Shown piece after piece: positions 56,278 to 64,000 of a stretch of 64,000 bases of DNA. Below the pieces are notes generated by a model. The model searched no databases, was not told where the DNA came from, and saw only the letters and a list, made by a program, of their open reading frames with translations. Position numbers and translations under genes: made by a program. Source of the DNA: an uncultured Treponema sp. (lineage in GTDB: Bacteria; Spirochaetota; Spirochaetia; Treponematales; Treponemataceae); NCBI GenBank assembly GCA_964429905.1, contig CAYSDV010000009.1, positions 16,378 through 80,377 on the forward strand. The letters run 5' to 3'. Position 1 is the first letter of the stretch, and each line of letters starts with the position of its first letter.

Positions 56278-56645
56278 TGGCTATAATGAAAAAACCTTCA
56301 AACGACCTTCCGAAAGAGTTTGTTTCGCAGGCGTTGGAAACTTTGAGTTCAGATTCCTCTGCAACCGAAAAAACAAAAATCGCTGCGGAAAACGTAAAGC
56401 CGCGCCCGCTTTTTGCCCAGCAGACGGCGGTTCAAACTTCAGATAAGAAAACCCCTTCCGGAAAATACAGCGATGTAATAAATTTAAAACTTCCGAAAGG
56501 TGAACGGAACCGCCTTAAAGGACTTTGCGCCCAGTTCGGCATTTCAATGAATCAGTTCATTCTTTATTCGATTTATGAACTTGAAGAGCGGATTATGGAC
56601 GGAAAGTGCACGGTTTCGCAAATGGGCGTAAGAAACGTAGAGTAG
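56277..56645 (+). CDS. small partition/centromere-binding protein with C-terminal ribbon-helix-helix (ParG-like)
   Basis: 122 aa with an ATAATGG overlap on the parA stop. C-terminus LKLPKGERNRLKGLCAQFGISMNQFILYSIYELEE has an RHH pattern. Confidence 0.5.
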   Translation: MAIMKKPSNDLPKEFVSQALETLSSDSSATEKTKIAAENVKPRPLFAQQTAVQTSDKKTPSGKYSDVINLKLPKGERNRLKGLCAQFGISMNQFILYSIYELEERIMDGKCTVSQMGVRNVE

Positions 56646-56663
56646 GGAAGTATGAAGAAAAGT

Positions 56664-57022
56664 GGAATTTGCTAGTAAGTAAAAATTCCACTTTTCTTCT
56701 ATTATATTGGACATTCCTAGTAACTTAGCGGAGTTTGCTAGGAATATGTTGGAAAAAGCAAGTTATTTAATGGATTTTGCTAGGTATTAAAAAAAATCGG
56801 TGGATAACTTTTATGGAAACACCTAGTAATAAACTAAATTAAAAAACAAGTTTTTTTGGAGTTTTCAAGTAAGCAGATGGCATTTCCTAGAAACAAATTG
56901 GACTTTTCTAGACAGAAAAAGGAAAAAACTAGGAACTTATGGAATCTGCTAGTAAACAATTGGCAAAACCTAGTTTTGAAAAATGGAAACTCCTAGTAAG
57001 CAATATGGAATCCGCTAGTAAG
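56664..57022 (+). repeat. iteron array: about 14 direct copies of TGGAnnnnnCTAGTAAG-like 17-mers at ~21-bp phasing
   Basis: Examples are TGGAATTTGCTAGTAAG (56664), TGGACATTCCTAGTAAC (56709), TGGAATCTGCTAGTAAA (56940), TGGAAACTCCTAGTAAG (56984) and TGGAATCCGCTAGTAAG (57006). Start-to-start spacings are mostly 20-23 or 43-45 nt. An 8/9 DnaA box, TTATCCACC, lies on the minus strand at 56799-56807. Confidence 0.85.
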
Positions 57023-57039
57023 ATAAACTTGTAAACTCT

Positions 57040-57190
57040 TGCAATGCAAAAAAATACACGAACCCAATATTAAATATAAATTTAAATATTAAGTTAAAAT
57101 AAATTTAATATTACGAAAATATAAATAATATTACCAAAATTCAAGAATCAAAACATTCAAAAAAAATTCAGAAAGTAACTAAAATTTACT
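57040..57190. other. AT-rich region (candidate DNA unwinding element) between the iterons and rep
   Basis: Almost pure A/T. It holds two 14-mers, AATATTACGAAAAT (57107) and AATATTACCAAAAT (57127), 20 nt apart. A half-iteron CACCTAGTAAG at 57195-57205 abuts the rep start. Confidence 0.5.
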
Positions 57191-57206
57191 TGCGCACCTA
57201 GTAAGT

Positions 57207-58322
57207 TTGCTTTATATTCAAAGTATGGGGAAAAAAGAAACGGGTGGAATTTTGAATTTTAAAAATTCCTCGCTGGAAACAACAGATTTGGTTCTTTCCG
57301 GCAATGAATCATCAAAGCCTTCGTATTTGATTCAAAAAAATGCGATGAGCAAAGCTTATTATAAAATTTCTGCAATGGGCAAAAAGCTTATTTCTATGGC
57401 TATGGCCGTAAACAATATGCAGAAAACAGTTCTTGGCGACAACAATTATTACGAAGCCAAATTTTCATTCAATGACTTTTTCAAGTCTATGGGAATTTCT
57501 ATTGGCGGCACAAGTATTGAACGAATTGTTGAATGTGCGGACGAATGTGTGCATTTTGTAATAAATTTTCATACGGACGATCTTCAGAACTTTATACCTT
57601 TGTTTTCGCTTATTCAAATTGACAAAACAAATAAAATTCTGCGTTTTGTATTCAATCCGATTATAAACAATTTTTTGGAACAGCAGGTTGGACATCATAA
57701 AATAAATTTTCTTGAATACGGAAAATTGCGTTCAACTTATGCAATGCGCTATTACGATATTTTTGAACAATACAAAGGATTTGCCGGAAAAAACGGAAAT
57801 CCTAAAAACACATGGACTTGTTCTTTGTCTTTTGACGAAATAAAAAATCTTTTTCAGCTGGATGACATCTATCAGAACCGTCCTGATAATTTTAAAAAAT
57901 TTGTAATAACAGAACCGATAAAAGAACTTAACGAAAAAATAACTTCAATGAAAGTTATAAATCAGGAATGGTTAAAAACTGGAAAAAAGCATACAGGAGT
58001 TCGTTTTTCTATAATAAAAACAGAAGCCGGCGTAAGCGATTATGACAGAGTTTCGCCTTATCTTAATATGATAGAGGAGCAGTCTGACAGAACTCTTATT
58101 TGTCAGAACGCAGATTTATATCTTTCGTTTTTGCAGAAAGAAAATTGCGTTATAAGAGTAGATTTGGAAACAGCTAGTGAGTCAACAGATGAAAATGAGC
58201 TTTCCAAATTAAAACTGCTTTGCTCTATGGCTTTGAATGATTTGAAAACTCAGAAAAAGCAAAAGAAATCACTAGCGAATGCCAGCAGCAGAAAAATTCT
58301 TCAGGAAGAGCTTGCGCTTTAA
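57207..58322 (+). CDS. repB: Rep_3/RepB-family plasmid replication initiator
   Basis: 371 aa. The track start is TTG 57207 and the first ATG is at 57225 (MGKKETGG). YLIQKNAMSKAYYKISAMGKKLISMAMAV is the typical Rep_3 N-terminal pattern. Iterons flank the gene on both sides. Confidence 0.7.
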   Translation: MLYIQSMGKKETGGILNFKNSSLETTDLVLSGNESSKPSYLIQKNAMSKAYYKISAMGKKLISMAMAVNNMQKTVLGDNNYYEAKFSFNDFFKSMGISIGGTSIERIVECADECVHFVINFHTDDLQNFIPLFSLIQIDKTNKILRFVFNPIINNFLEQQVGHHKINFLEYGKLRSTYAMRYYDIFEQYKGFAGKNGNPKNTWTCSLSFDEIKNLFQLDDIYQNRPDNFKKFVITEPIKELNEKITSMKVINQEWLKTGKKHTGVRFSIIKTEAGVSDYDRVSPYLNMIEEQSDRTLICQNADLYLSFLQKENCVIRVDLETASESTDENELSKLKLLCSMALNDLKTQKKQKKSLANASSRKILQEELAL

Positions 58323-58384
58323 TTTTGACTTTTTTTACAAAAATTGCAGAAATGCCGTTCAGAACGAATTCTGTAGCGTTTAGA

Positions 58385-58408
58385 GGGAACTTTTTAGTTC
58401 CCTTTTTT
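58385..58408 (+). terminator. rho-independent terminator after rep
   Basis: GGGAACT-tttt-AGTTCCC followed by T6. Confidence 0.7.
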
Positions 58409-58439
58409 ATTTTAAAAAAAGATATTTTATTGAAAACAA

Positions 58440-58675
58440 CTTACTAGCAATTTCCATAAAATCGAAATCCGCTGATTTTTGTAAAATGGAATGTTCAAGT
58501 AAGTTACTGGCATTAACTAGTTATATAATGGAGTTTTCTAGTATTTTAGTATAAAAAAGTATACATCTTGTTAAGAATAAATTTTGTTTTAATTCGTTAA
58601 TAAGTTGTTTAAATTTTTTGACAGTTTAAATTTTACTAAATTTGAATTTAGATGAATTTGGACTTTGCTAGTAAG
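58440..58675. repeat. second iteron cluster downstream of rep (one inverted plus four direct copies)
   Basis: Inverted copy is CTTACTAGCAATTTCCA (58440). Direct copies are TGGAATGTTCAAGTAAG (58487), TGGCATTAACTAGTTAT (58508), TGGAGTTTTCTAGTATT (58529) and TGGACTTTGCTAGTAAG (58659). Confidence 0.8.
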
Positions 58676-58697
58676 TTAAAAACTGATATATTTTATT

Positions 58698-58760
58698 CTG
58701 CGCAGTTTATGATTCCTCAAAACTCCTGCGCGTAAAAAATTAAAATCCTTAAGGAGGCGT
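58698..58760 (+). promoter_or_regulatory. candidate preQ1-type riboswitch or translational leader upstream of yhhQ
   Basis: GCGCAG-20 nt loop-CTGCGC, then an A-rich tail GUAAAAAAUUAAAAUCC running into the SD AAGGAGG. Loop GAUUCCUC can pair with tail AAUC and with the SD GAGG. Confidence 0.3.
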
Positions 58761-58763
58761 GGA

Positions 58764-59528
58764 ATGAAAAAATTTCACAGTTTTATTAAAGAAGAATTTG
58801 CGGATTTGAAAATTCTTCTTAGAAATATTCCTTCCCTAACAGTAGCGTTTTTTTTCCTTTCGGTTGTTTGCGCAAATCTTATGGCAAACAAAGAACTTTT
58901 CCATGTTAAATACATTGCGCTTGACTGCGGCTTTGTTTTCAGCTGGATTATGTTTTTGTGCATGGATGTAATCTGCAAGCGTCTTGGCGCAAAAGCCAGC
59001 ATAAAAGTTTCTTCCGTTGCGCTTTTAGTAAATCTTGCTCTTTGTGGAATTTTTGCTTTGCTTTCAAAAAGTTCCGGAATGTGGGGCGAATTTTATTCTA
59101 CAGGCAACATCCAGGTGAACGAAGCGCTTAACGCAACTTTTGGCGGTTCCTGGTATGTTGTGCTTGGTTCTTCGCTTGCTTTTATGGTTTCTTCTATTAT
59201 AAATGCGTTTTTGAATTCTTTTATCGGGAAAATTATTTTACGCCATTCGAAAAGTGACGGATTTTTTGTTTTTGCGGCGCGTTCGTATATTTCCACAATA
59301 ATCGGTCAGTTTGCGGATAATTTTATTTTTGCAACAATTGTTTCGAAAATCTTTTTTGGCTGGTCATGGACGCAGGTTTTTGTCTGCTCTTTGATTGGTG
59401 CGTTTTTTGAACTTTTAGCGGAAGTGATTTTCAGCGGTCTTGGTTATAGAATCGTAAAGAATTGGGAAAACGAAAATGTAGGGCAGGAATATATTGAATA
59501 CAGAAAAAGAAGGAAAGCTGAAAAATGA
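58764..59528 (+). CDS. yhhQ: queuosine-precursor transporter (VUT/YhhQ, DUF165)
   Basis: 254 aa, polytopic. LDCGFVFSWIMFLCMDVICKRLGAKAS and QFADNFIFATI are typical of YhhQ. Confidence 0.7.
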   Translation: MKKFHSFIKEEFADLKILLRNIPSLTVAFFFLSVVCANLMANKELFHVKYIALDCGFVFSWIMFLCMDVICKRLGAKASIKVSSVALLVNLALCGIFALLSKSSGMWGEFYSTGNIQVNEALNATFGGSWYVVLGSSLAFMVSSIINAFLNSFIGKIILRHSKSDGFFVFAARSYISTIIGQFADNFIFATIVSKIFFGWSWTQVFVCSLIGAFFELLAEVIFSGLGYRIVKNWENENVGQEYIEYRKRRKAEK

Positions 59529-60238
59529 ATGTTCTTATAACGGGAAGCTCAAAAGGAATTGGAAGAGCGGCGGCAATAAAATTTTTAAGGAAAGGGCATA
59601 AAGTTTTTGGAATTGATTTGCTGGAAGATTCAATCAATTGTGGAAAATCCGGTTTTTGTGAAAATGGTTCCGGCGATATTGCAGAAAGTGGAAATTATGT
59701 GCATTTTGTTGCGGATATTTGCAAAAAAGAAACTTTGCCGGACATCGCAGATATTGAAATTTTAGTGAACAATGCCGGAATTCAAAGTGGAACAGAAAAT
59801 GATGTAAAAGTTAATCTTTTGGGAACTATGAATGTTACGGAAAAATATGCTTTTCAGAAATCCATAAAATCTGTGCTTTTTAACAGTTCCGTTTCTGCGT
59901 TGACCGGAAATGAATTTTCTTTTTACGTTGCATCTAAGGCGGGTGTGAACGGATATATGAAGAATTGCGCGATAAAACTTGCAAATGAATTTAAAGCCAC
60001 TTGCAATTCTTTGTGTTTTGGCGGAGTTTTGACGGAACTTAACGCTCCTGTTACGGAAAACCCAAAACTTTGGGAAAAAATAATGGATGTAACGCCTTTG
60101 AAAAGATGGATGACCAGCGAAGAAGCCGCTGACTGGTGTTATTTTATGACGGTTACAAATAAATTTTGTACCGGTCAGGCGATTGAAATTTCCGGCGGCG
60201 AGCGGAACTGCGCGGATTTATTTGTTTGGACGGAATAA
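59525..60238 (+). CDS. SDR-family oxidoreductase
   Basis: 237 aa. Has VLITGSSKGIGRA, NNAGI and YVASKAG (YxxxK). Confidence 0.8.
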   Translation: MNVLITGSSKGIGRAAAIKFLRKGHKVFGIDLLEDSINCGKSGFCENGSGDIAESGNYVHFVADICKKETLPDIADIEILVNNAGIQSGTENDVKVNLLGTMNVTEKYAFQKSIKSVLFNSSVSALTGNEFSFYVASKAGVNGYMKNCAIKLANEFKATCNSLCFGGVLTELNAPVTENPKLWEKIMDVTPLKRWMTSEEAADWCYFMTVTNKFCTGQAIEISGGERNCADLFVWTE

Positions 60239-60243
60239 AAAAA

Positions 60244-60289
60244 TAGGAGCAGTTCTATAGTCAATCTATAAAAACTGCTCCTATTTTTT
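60244..60289. terminator. bidirectional terminator between convergent genes
   Basis: TAGGAGCAGTT-18 nt-AACTGCTCCTA, flanked by A-run and T-run. Confidence 0.7.
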
Positions 60290-60304
60290 ATGCTTTTTCA
60301 AGAT

Positions 60305-60490
60305 TTACTTGATTGAAAGTCCGTGCATTTTAGCTGACTCTCTTAGCCATTTTAATGTTGATTCGTATTCGCCTTCGCGAATTTTTGCGCTTTCGTAACT
60401 TGCCTTTAGTTTGTCTGCCAAAGTCTGATATTCATGGTCATTTACCATTTTTTCAAAATCTGGTTGATTTAATCCGAATTTTTCATGCAT
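60305..60490 (-). CDS. small hypothetical protein
   Basis: 61 aa. Good SD (GGAGGCGCAACTATG). Helical and charged. Confidence 0.45.
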   Translation of the reverse strand: MHEKFGLNQPDFEKMVNDHEYQTLADKLKASYESAKIREGEYESTLKWLRESAKMHGLSIK

Positions 60491-60747
60491 AGTTGCGCCT
60501 CCAGCTTGATGTATTTTTGAATGTTATTAAAACATTCTTCTTTAAATATAATAATTCAGATTTTAAAAAAATCCAGTAAAAAATTAATTAAAAGCAAATA
60601 AATCTGTAAAAATGGAAAAATGTGTAATTTTTACCCATTTTTAATGTATATTTTTTACTCATAGGTAAAAGTTACACATTTATAAAAAGTTTTGCGGAAA
60701 AAAGTTTTAGATTTGAATAAATTCTTTTGCTGTTTTTTTTGGGGCGT

Positions 60748-60784
60748 TACGGGGGCAGAAAGCAAATTCTCTTTTGCCCCCGTA
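60748..60784. promoter_or_regulatory. perfect 10-bp inverted repeat TACGGGGGCA-N17-TGCCCCCGTA, about 100 bp upstream of the sigma-54 promoter (UAS candidate)
   Basis: Read directly. It is followed by two more GC-rich hairpins (CGCA-acgaag-TGCG and GGGAAA-gact-TTTCCC) in an otherwise AT-rich region. Confidence 0.35.
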
Positions 60785-60858
60785 GAAAGGGTAGGACGCA
60801 ACGAAGTGCGGCCGTAGGGAAAGACTTTTCCCTTCAAAATATTAAAAATAAAAAAAGT

Positions 60859-60874
60859 TGGCACGGTTCTTGCA
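60859..60874 (+). promoter_or_regulatory. sigma-54 (-24/-12) promoter upstream of hsp20
   Basis: TTGGCACGGTTCTTGCAT matches YTGGCACGrNNNTTGCW at every specified position. It lies about 75 nt upstream of the ATG. Confidence 0.6.
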
Positions 60875-60948
60875 TAATTATATTGTGAAAGCAAAAAACT
60901 TTCAGATTGAATTGAAATTAAAATTAAAATGCTGTAGGAGGCACGATT

Positions 60949-61410
60949 ATGATGAACGGACTTTCACTTTTGGATTCACTTTTTGACGGATTGAATGATG
61001 GTTATTGCGGAAATTATCGCGCTGGTTTTGTTCCGAATGTTGATGTGAAGGAAAATAAAAATTCTTATACTTTGGAAATGGATTTGCCGGGCAGAACCGA
61101 AAATGATGTTGATATCCGGCTTGAACGCAATACTTTGACAATTTCTTCTAAAAAAGAGGAAAAAGATGCGGAAAAAACTGAAGAGACAAAATCAGAAAAG
61201 AGCGGAACGGCTGAAAATTCTGAAAAAGTTGAAGAACCGAAATGGCTTTTGCGCGAAAGGGTTGTTTCTGAATTCAGCAGAAGTTTTGCTTTGCCGGAAG
61301 ATGCAGACAGCGAAAATATTTCTGCTTTGTTCAAAAATGGTGTTTTGACTGTCTGCATTCCTAGAAAAAAGGCGGAAACTCCTAAACGCATTGCGATAAA
61401 AGCGGCGTAA
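60949..61410 (+). CDS. Hsp20/alpha-crystallin small heat-shock protein
   Basis: 153 aa. Has FVPNVDVKENKNSYTLEMDLPG and FSRSFALPEDADSENISALFKNGVLTVCIPRK. Confidence 0.85.
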   Translation: MMNGLSLLDSLFDGLNDGYCGNYRAGFVPNVDVKENKNSYTLEMDLPGRTENDVDIRLERNTLTISSKKEEKDAEKTEETKSEKSGTAENSEKVEEPKWLLRERVVSEFSRSFALPEDADSENISALFKNGVLTVCIPRKKAETPKRIAIKAA

Positions 61411-61507
61411 ATTGGAAAATAATTTCTGAATGATTTGAATTTGATTCGGCATTCTTGTTGTTTTGAAATTATTTGAAAAATCTTGATATAAAAATCTTGA
61501 ATGGAAA

Positions 61508-61542
61508 ATCCTTGCAGGTTGTTTTTCTTGCAGGGATTTTTT
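61508..61542 (+). terminator. rho-independent terminator after hsp20
   Basis: ATCCTTGCAGG-8 nt-CTTGCAGGGAT (11 bp with two G-U pairs), followed by T-run. Confidence 0.55.
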
Positions 61543-61586
61543 ATTATATTCTATATAATACATTTTTATTACGGGAAATTTTATTT

Positions 61587-61835
61587 ATGGAAAAATTCAG
61601 TTATAAACCTGTTGGTGTTTGCGCCAGACAAATCGATTTTTCGCTTGAAGACGGAAAATTGCACGATGTTCAGTTTTTTGGCGGTTGTGCCGGAAACACT
61701 AAGGCGGTTGCAAAACTTTTGGAAGGAATGGATGCAGAACGCGCTGTTCAAATTTTGAAAGGAAATTTATGCGGAGCGAAGGGAACTTCTTGCGCAGATC
61801 AGCTTGCTATTGCAGTTGAACAAAGAATAAAGTAA
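61587..61835 (+). CDS. TSCPD-domain protein (TIGR03905-like)
   Basis: I prefer the internal start MEKFSYKPVGVCARQIDFSLEDGKLHDVQFFGGCAGN...GTSCADQLA (82 aa). The upstream part of the track ORF overlaps the hsp20 terminator. Confidence 0.6.
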   Translation: MEKFSYKPVGVCARQIDFSLEDGKLHDVQFFGGCAGNTKAVAKLLEGMDAERAVQILKGNLCGAKGTSCADQLAIAVEQRIK

Positions 61836-61844
61836 ATTTGTTTT

Positions 61845-62504
61845 ATGGATTTTGAATTTATTCGCAAAGCAATTCCTTTTTATGTGGACGCATCTTGGCT
61901 TACGTTGCGTCTTTCTGTTATTGGAATTTTACTTTCCGTGGTTGTAGGACTTGTTTGCGCTTTGATAAAATATTACAAAATTCCGGTTTTGCGGCAGATT
62001 ACAAGCGTTTACATTGAAATTTCGCGGAATACGCCGCTTTTGATTCAACTTTTCTTTTTGTATTTTGCTTTTCCGCGGATGGGAGTAAAGCTTTCTTCGG
62101 TTCAATGCGCGGTTATCGGGCTTACGTTTTTGGGCGGTTCTTATATGGAAGAAACGTTCCGCTCGGCTTTGGAAAGCGTTTCTAAAATCCAGATTGAAAG
62201 CGCGGAATGTATTGGTCTTACAAAAAGGCAAGTTACACAATACGTGATTTTGCCGCAGGCTGTTAGCGTTTCGATTCCGGGCTTTTGCGCGAACATTATG
62301 TTTTTAATCAAGGAAACTTCGGTTTTTAGCGCGGTTGCTCTTGCCGATTTAATGTATATTGCAAAGGATTTAATCGGTTTGTACTACAAGACGGATGAGG
62401 CATTGACTTTGCTGTGCATTTTTTATTTGATTCTGCTTCTTCCGATTTCTATAATCGCTTCGCTTGCGGAAAGGAGGCTGCGCTATGCACAGTTCGGCAA
62501 TTGA
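61845..62504 (+). CDS. amino-acid ABC transporter permease
   Basis: 219 aa, polytopic. The EAA-like loop ESAECIGLTKRQVTQYVILPQA is typical of His/Glu/Gln/Arg-family permeases. Confidence 0.8.
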   Translation: MDFEFIRKAIPFYVDASWLTLRLSVIGILLSVVVGLVCALIKYYKIPVLRQITSVYIEISRNTPLLIQLFFLYFAFPRMGVKLSSVQCAVIGLTFLGGSYMEETFRSALESVSKIQIESAECIGLTKRQVTQYVILPQAVSVSIPGFCANIMFLIKETSVFSAVALADLMYIAKDLIGLYYKTDEALTLLCIFYLILLLPISIIASLAERRLRYAQFGN

Positions 62505-63183
62505 GGCGATTAAAGCGGCATTCGGCGTTCTTGGAATGGGAACTAACTTTTTGCGTCTTTTAGGCGGCTTGTGGACAACCGTTTGGATTGCTCTTATTTC
62601 CGTTGCGTTTTCTATTGTTTTGGGCTTTTTGTTCGGAATGCTGATGACCGTAAAGAGCAAGCCGGTTCGCGCGGTTTGCAAAATCTATCTTGAGTTTATG
62701 CGGATTATGCCGCAGTTGGTGCTTTTGTTCGTGGCTTATTACGGTCTTACGCGCGCATTGGGAATTTCGCTTTCCGGCGAGGCGGCTTCGATTCTTGTTT
62801 TTACGCTTTGGGGAACTGCCGAAATGGGCGATTTGGTGCGAAGTGCATTGGAAAGTGTTCCGCAGCATCAGTATGAGAGCGGAAAAGCAATCGGCCTTAC
62901 GGACAGGCAGGTTTTTATGTATATTGTAATTCCGCAGACTTTGCGTTCCCTTATTCCTTTGAGTATGAATTTGATTACAAGAATGATAAAAACTACTTCG
63001 CTTGTGGTTTTTGTGGGCGTAATTGAAGTTGTAAAAATCGGTCAGCAGATTATTGAAGCGAACAGGCTTACTGTTCCGACTGCGAGCATTGCGGTTTACT
63101 TTGTGATTTTTATGATGTACTTTTTTGTTTGCTGGATTTTGTCGCTTGCGGCAAGGCAAATAGAAAAGCGGCAGAAAAATTAG
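62485..63183 (+). CDS. amino-acid ABC transporter permease (second subunit)
   Basis: I prefer the start MHSSAIEAIK after AGGAGG. Has ESGKAIGLTDRQVFMYIVIPQT. Confidence 0.8.
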   Translation: MHSSAIEAIKAAFGVLGMGTNFLRLLGGLWTTVWIALISVAFSIVLGFLFGMLMTVKSKPVRAVCKIYLEFMRIMPQLVLLFVAYYGLTRALGISLSGEAASILVFTLWGTAEMGDLVRSALESVPQHQYESGKAIGLTDRQVFMYIVIPQTLRSLIPLSMNLITRMIKTTSLVVFVGVIEVVKIGQQIIEANRLTVPTASIAVYFVIFMMYFFVCWILSLAARQIEKRQKN

Positions 63184-63272
63184 AAAAGAAAAAATATCTA
63201 AAAAGGTGCGTCTTTTTTTACAGATTCATTTTTCTGTGCTATATTAGTGATGTAGATTTAACGGAGGATTTT

Positions 63273-63485
63273 ATGGAAGCGGTTGCAATAAAAGAAAGAA
63301 CGAAAGAGCTGATTGATAGTCTTGACGACAATAAAGCGCAGCTTGTTTTTAACTATGCGCAGACATTGGAAAAAAATCAAAAATTGTCTGGTCCGGAACT
63401 TGCCGCGCGGTTTAGAAAATATTGGGGCAAAGTAGATTTGGACATTGACCTTGACGCATTGAGAGGCAGAAATGATCCTCGTTGA
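63273..63485 (+). CDS. VapB-type antitoxin candidate
   Basis: 70 aa from MEAVAIKERTKELIDSL, with SD ACGGAGGA. It overlaps the PIN gene by 14 nt. The upstream part of the track ORF overlaps the permease gene. Confidence 0.5.
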   Translation: MEAVAIKERTKELIDSLDDNKAQLVFNYAQTLEKNQKLSGPELAARFRKYWGKVDLDIDLDALRGRNDPR

Positions 63486-63858
63486 TATATCTGTTTGGAT
63501 TGACAGTTTTCATGGCGGGAAATGCAAGCAAATTATGAATGAGCTTTTGGCTCGTGGCGAGCTTTACGTGAACGATGTGATTCTTGCTGAGCTTATGCCT
63601 TCAATCTTGCACCGCGGCGAAACGGAACTTGAATACTTGATGACTACTCTTCCAAAACTTTCGCTTTGGACTGACTGGAGCGGCATAGTTCGTATGCAGA
63701 CAGAAAACTTGAAGCACGGAATAAACAAAGTCGGGCTTCCGGATTTGCTGATTGCACAAAACGCCATCCAGAACCATGTAAAACTTTTTTCAATAGACAG
63801 GCATTTTTCTCTTATGAGCACGCATTTGGGTTTTGAACTTCTGGACGGAGATTTCTAG
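63472..63858 (+). CDS. vapC: PIN-domain toxin VapC
   Basis: 128 aa. Has MILVDISVWID (first acidic residue), ...LAEL..., and ...IDRHF near the C-terminus. Confidence 0.7.
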   Translation: MILVDISVWIDSFHGGKCKQIMNELLARGELYVNDVILAELMPSILHRGETELEYLMTTLPKLSLWTDWSGIVRMQTENLKHGINKVGLPDLLIAQNAIQNHVKLFSIDRHFSLMSTHLGFELLDGDF

Positions 63859-64000
63859 TTTTCTTTATTGTAATTGTAATGTTTGAAGTTTTGTTCAATT
63901 TGTATAATAAAAAAATGCGAATGAAAATGACCGGCAAGAAAAATGATGTGGTTTTATTGAAAATCTAAAAAATATTCTGTTTTGAAAATATCTTAAAATC

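Noticed and set aside
56664-57022. The regularly spaced repeats could be mistaken for a CRISPR array.
   Set aside because: The repeats are only ~17 bp, degenerate, and separated by ~4-5 bp (or one missing unit). There are no cas genes, and the repeats flank a Rep_3-like gene. They are iterons, not CRISPR.
60655-60894. 79-aa minus-strand ORF upstream of hsp20.
   Set aside because: It spans the GC-rich hairpins and the sigma-54 promoter, has no SD, and has an odd composition. It is more likely non-coding regulatory DNA.
61473-61586. 38-aa N-terminal extension of the TSCPD ORF.
   Set aside because: It overlaps the hsp20 terminator hairpin and is hydrophobic junk. The internal ATG gives the conserved family N-terminus.
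62560-63159. 199-aa minus-strand ORF.
   Set aside because: It is antisense to a well-supported ABC permease gene. Its basic, low-complexity composition is typical of shadow ORFs. Other long shadow ORFs were rejected for the same reason: 48987..49514, 51096..51539, 4382..4852 and 9209..9715.

Overview
AT-rich bacterial window (GC looks like roughly one third by eye, not computed). The host cannot be determined from the sequence. No rRNA, tRNA, CRISPR array, transposase or integrase was recognised.

Layout:
- 1-20.5 kb, all minus strand: a defence island. It holds a partial Wadjet-like jetA-jetB-jetC (jetC runs off the left edge), a few orphan genes, and one long tightly packed operon: SNF2 helicase, DUF4391, AlbA_2 protein, nuclease-like ORF, type III mod (frameshifted at a G9 tract, so apparently phase-OFF), rhuM, AAA ATPase, AlbA_2 protein, type III res, membrane protein.
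- 20.6-33.9 kb: feoA-feoB fusion with a Cys-rich mini-protein, an ICMT-like methyltransferase, a nucleotidyltransferase-fold gene pair, flavodoxins, a small kinase-like protein, a CitA/DcuS-type two-component system and an EAL phosphodiesterase.
- 33.9-48.5 kb, minus strand: the most unusual region. It is a three-module peptide (RiPP/bacteriocin-like) cluster with double-glycine precursors, one of them absent from the ORF track. Radical SAM/SPASM maturases are each translationally coupled to a ~490-aa protein carrying IucA/IucC (NIS siderophore synthetase)-like motifs. The cluster also has secreted S41 peptidases, a secreted transglutaminase-like protein, a C39-ABC exporter and HlyD, plus clear duplication and deletion scars.
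- 48.7-55 kb: addB/addA.
- 55.3-58.7 kb: a plasmid-type module with parA, an RHH protein, a ~21-bp iteron array, an AT-rich unwinding region, a Rep_3-like initiator and more iterons.
- 58.7-64 kb: yhhQ with a possible preQ1-type leader, an SDR, hsp20 behind a consensus sigma-54 promoter, a TSCPD protein, two amino-acid ABC permeases and vapBC.

All family calls are from motifs read by eye and from synteny. No database search was possible.
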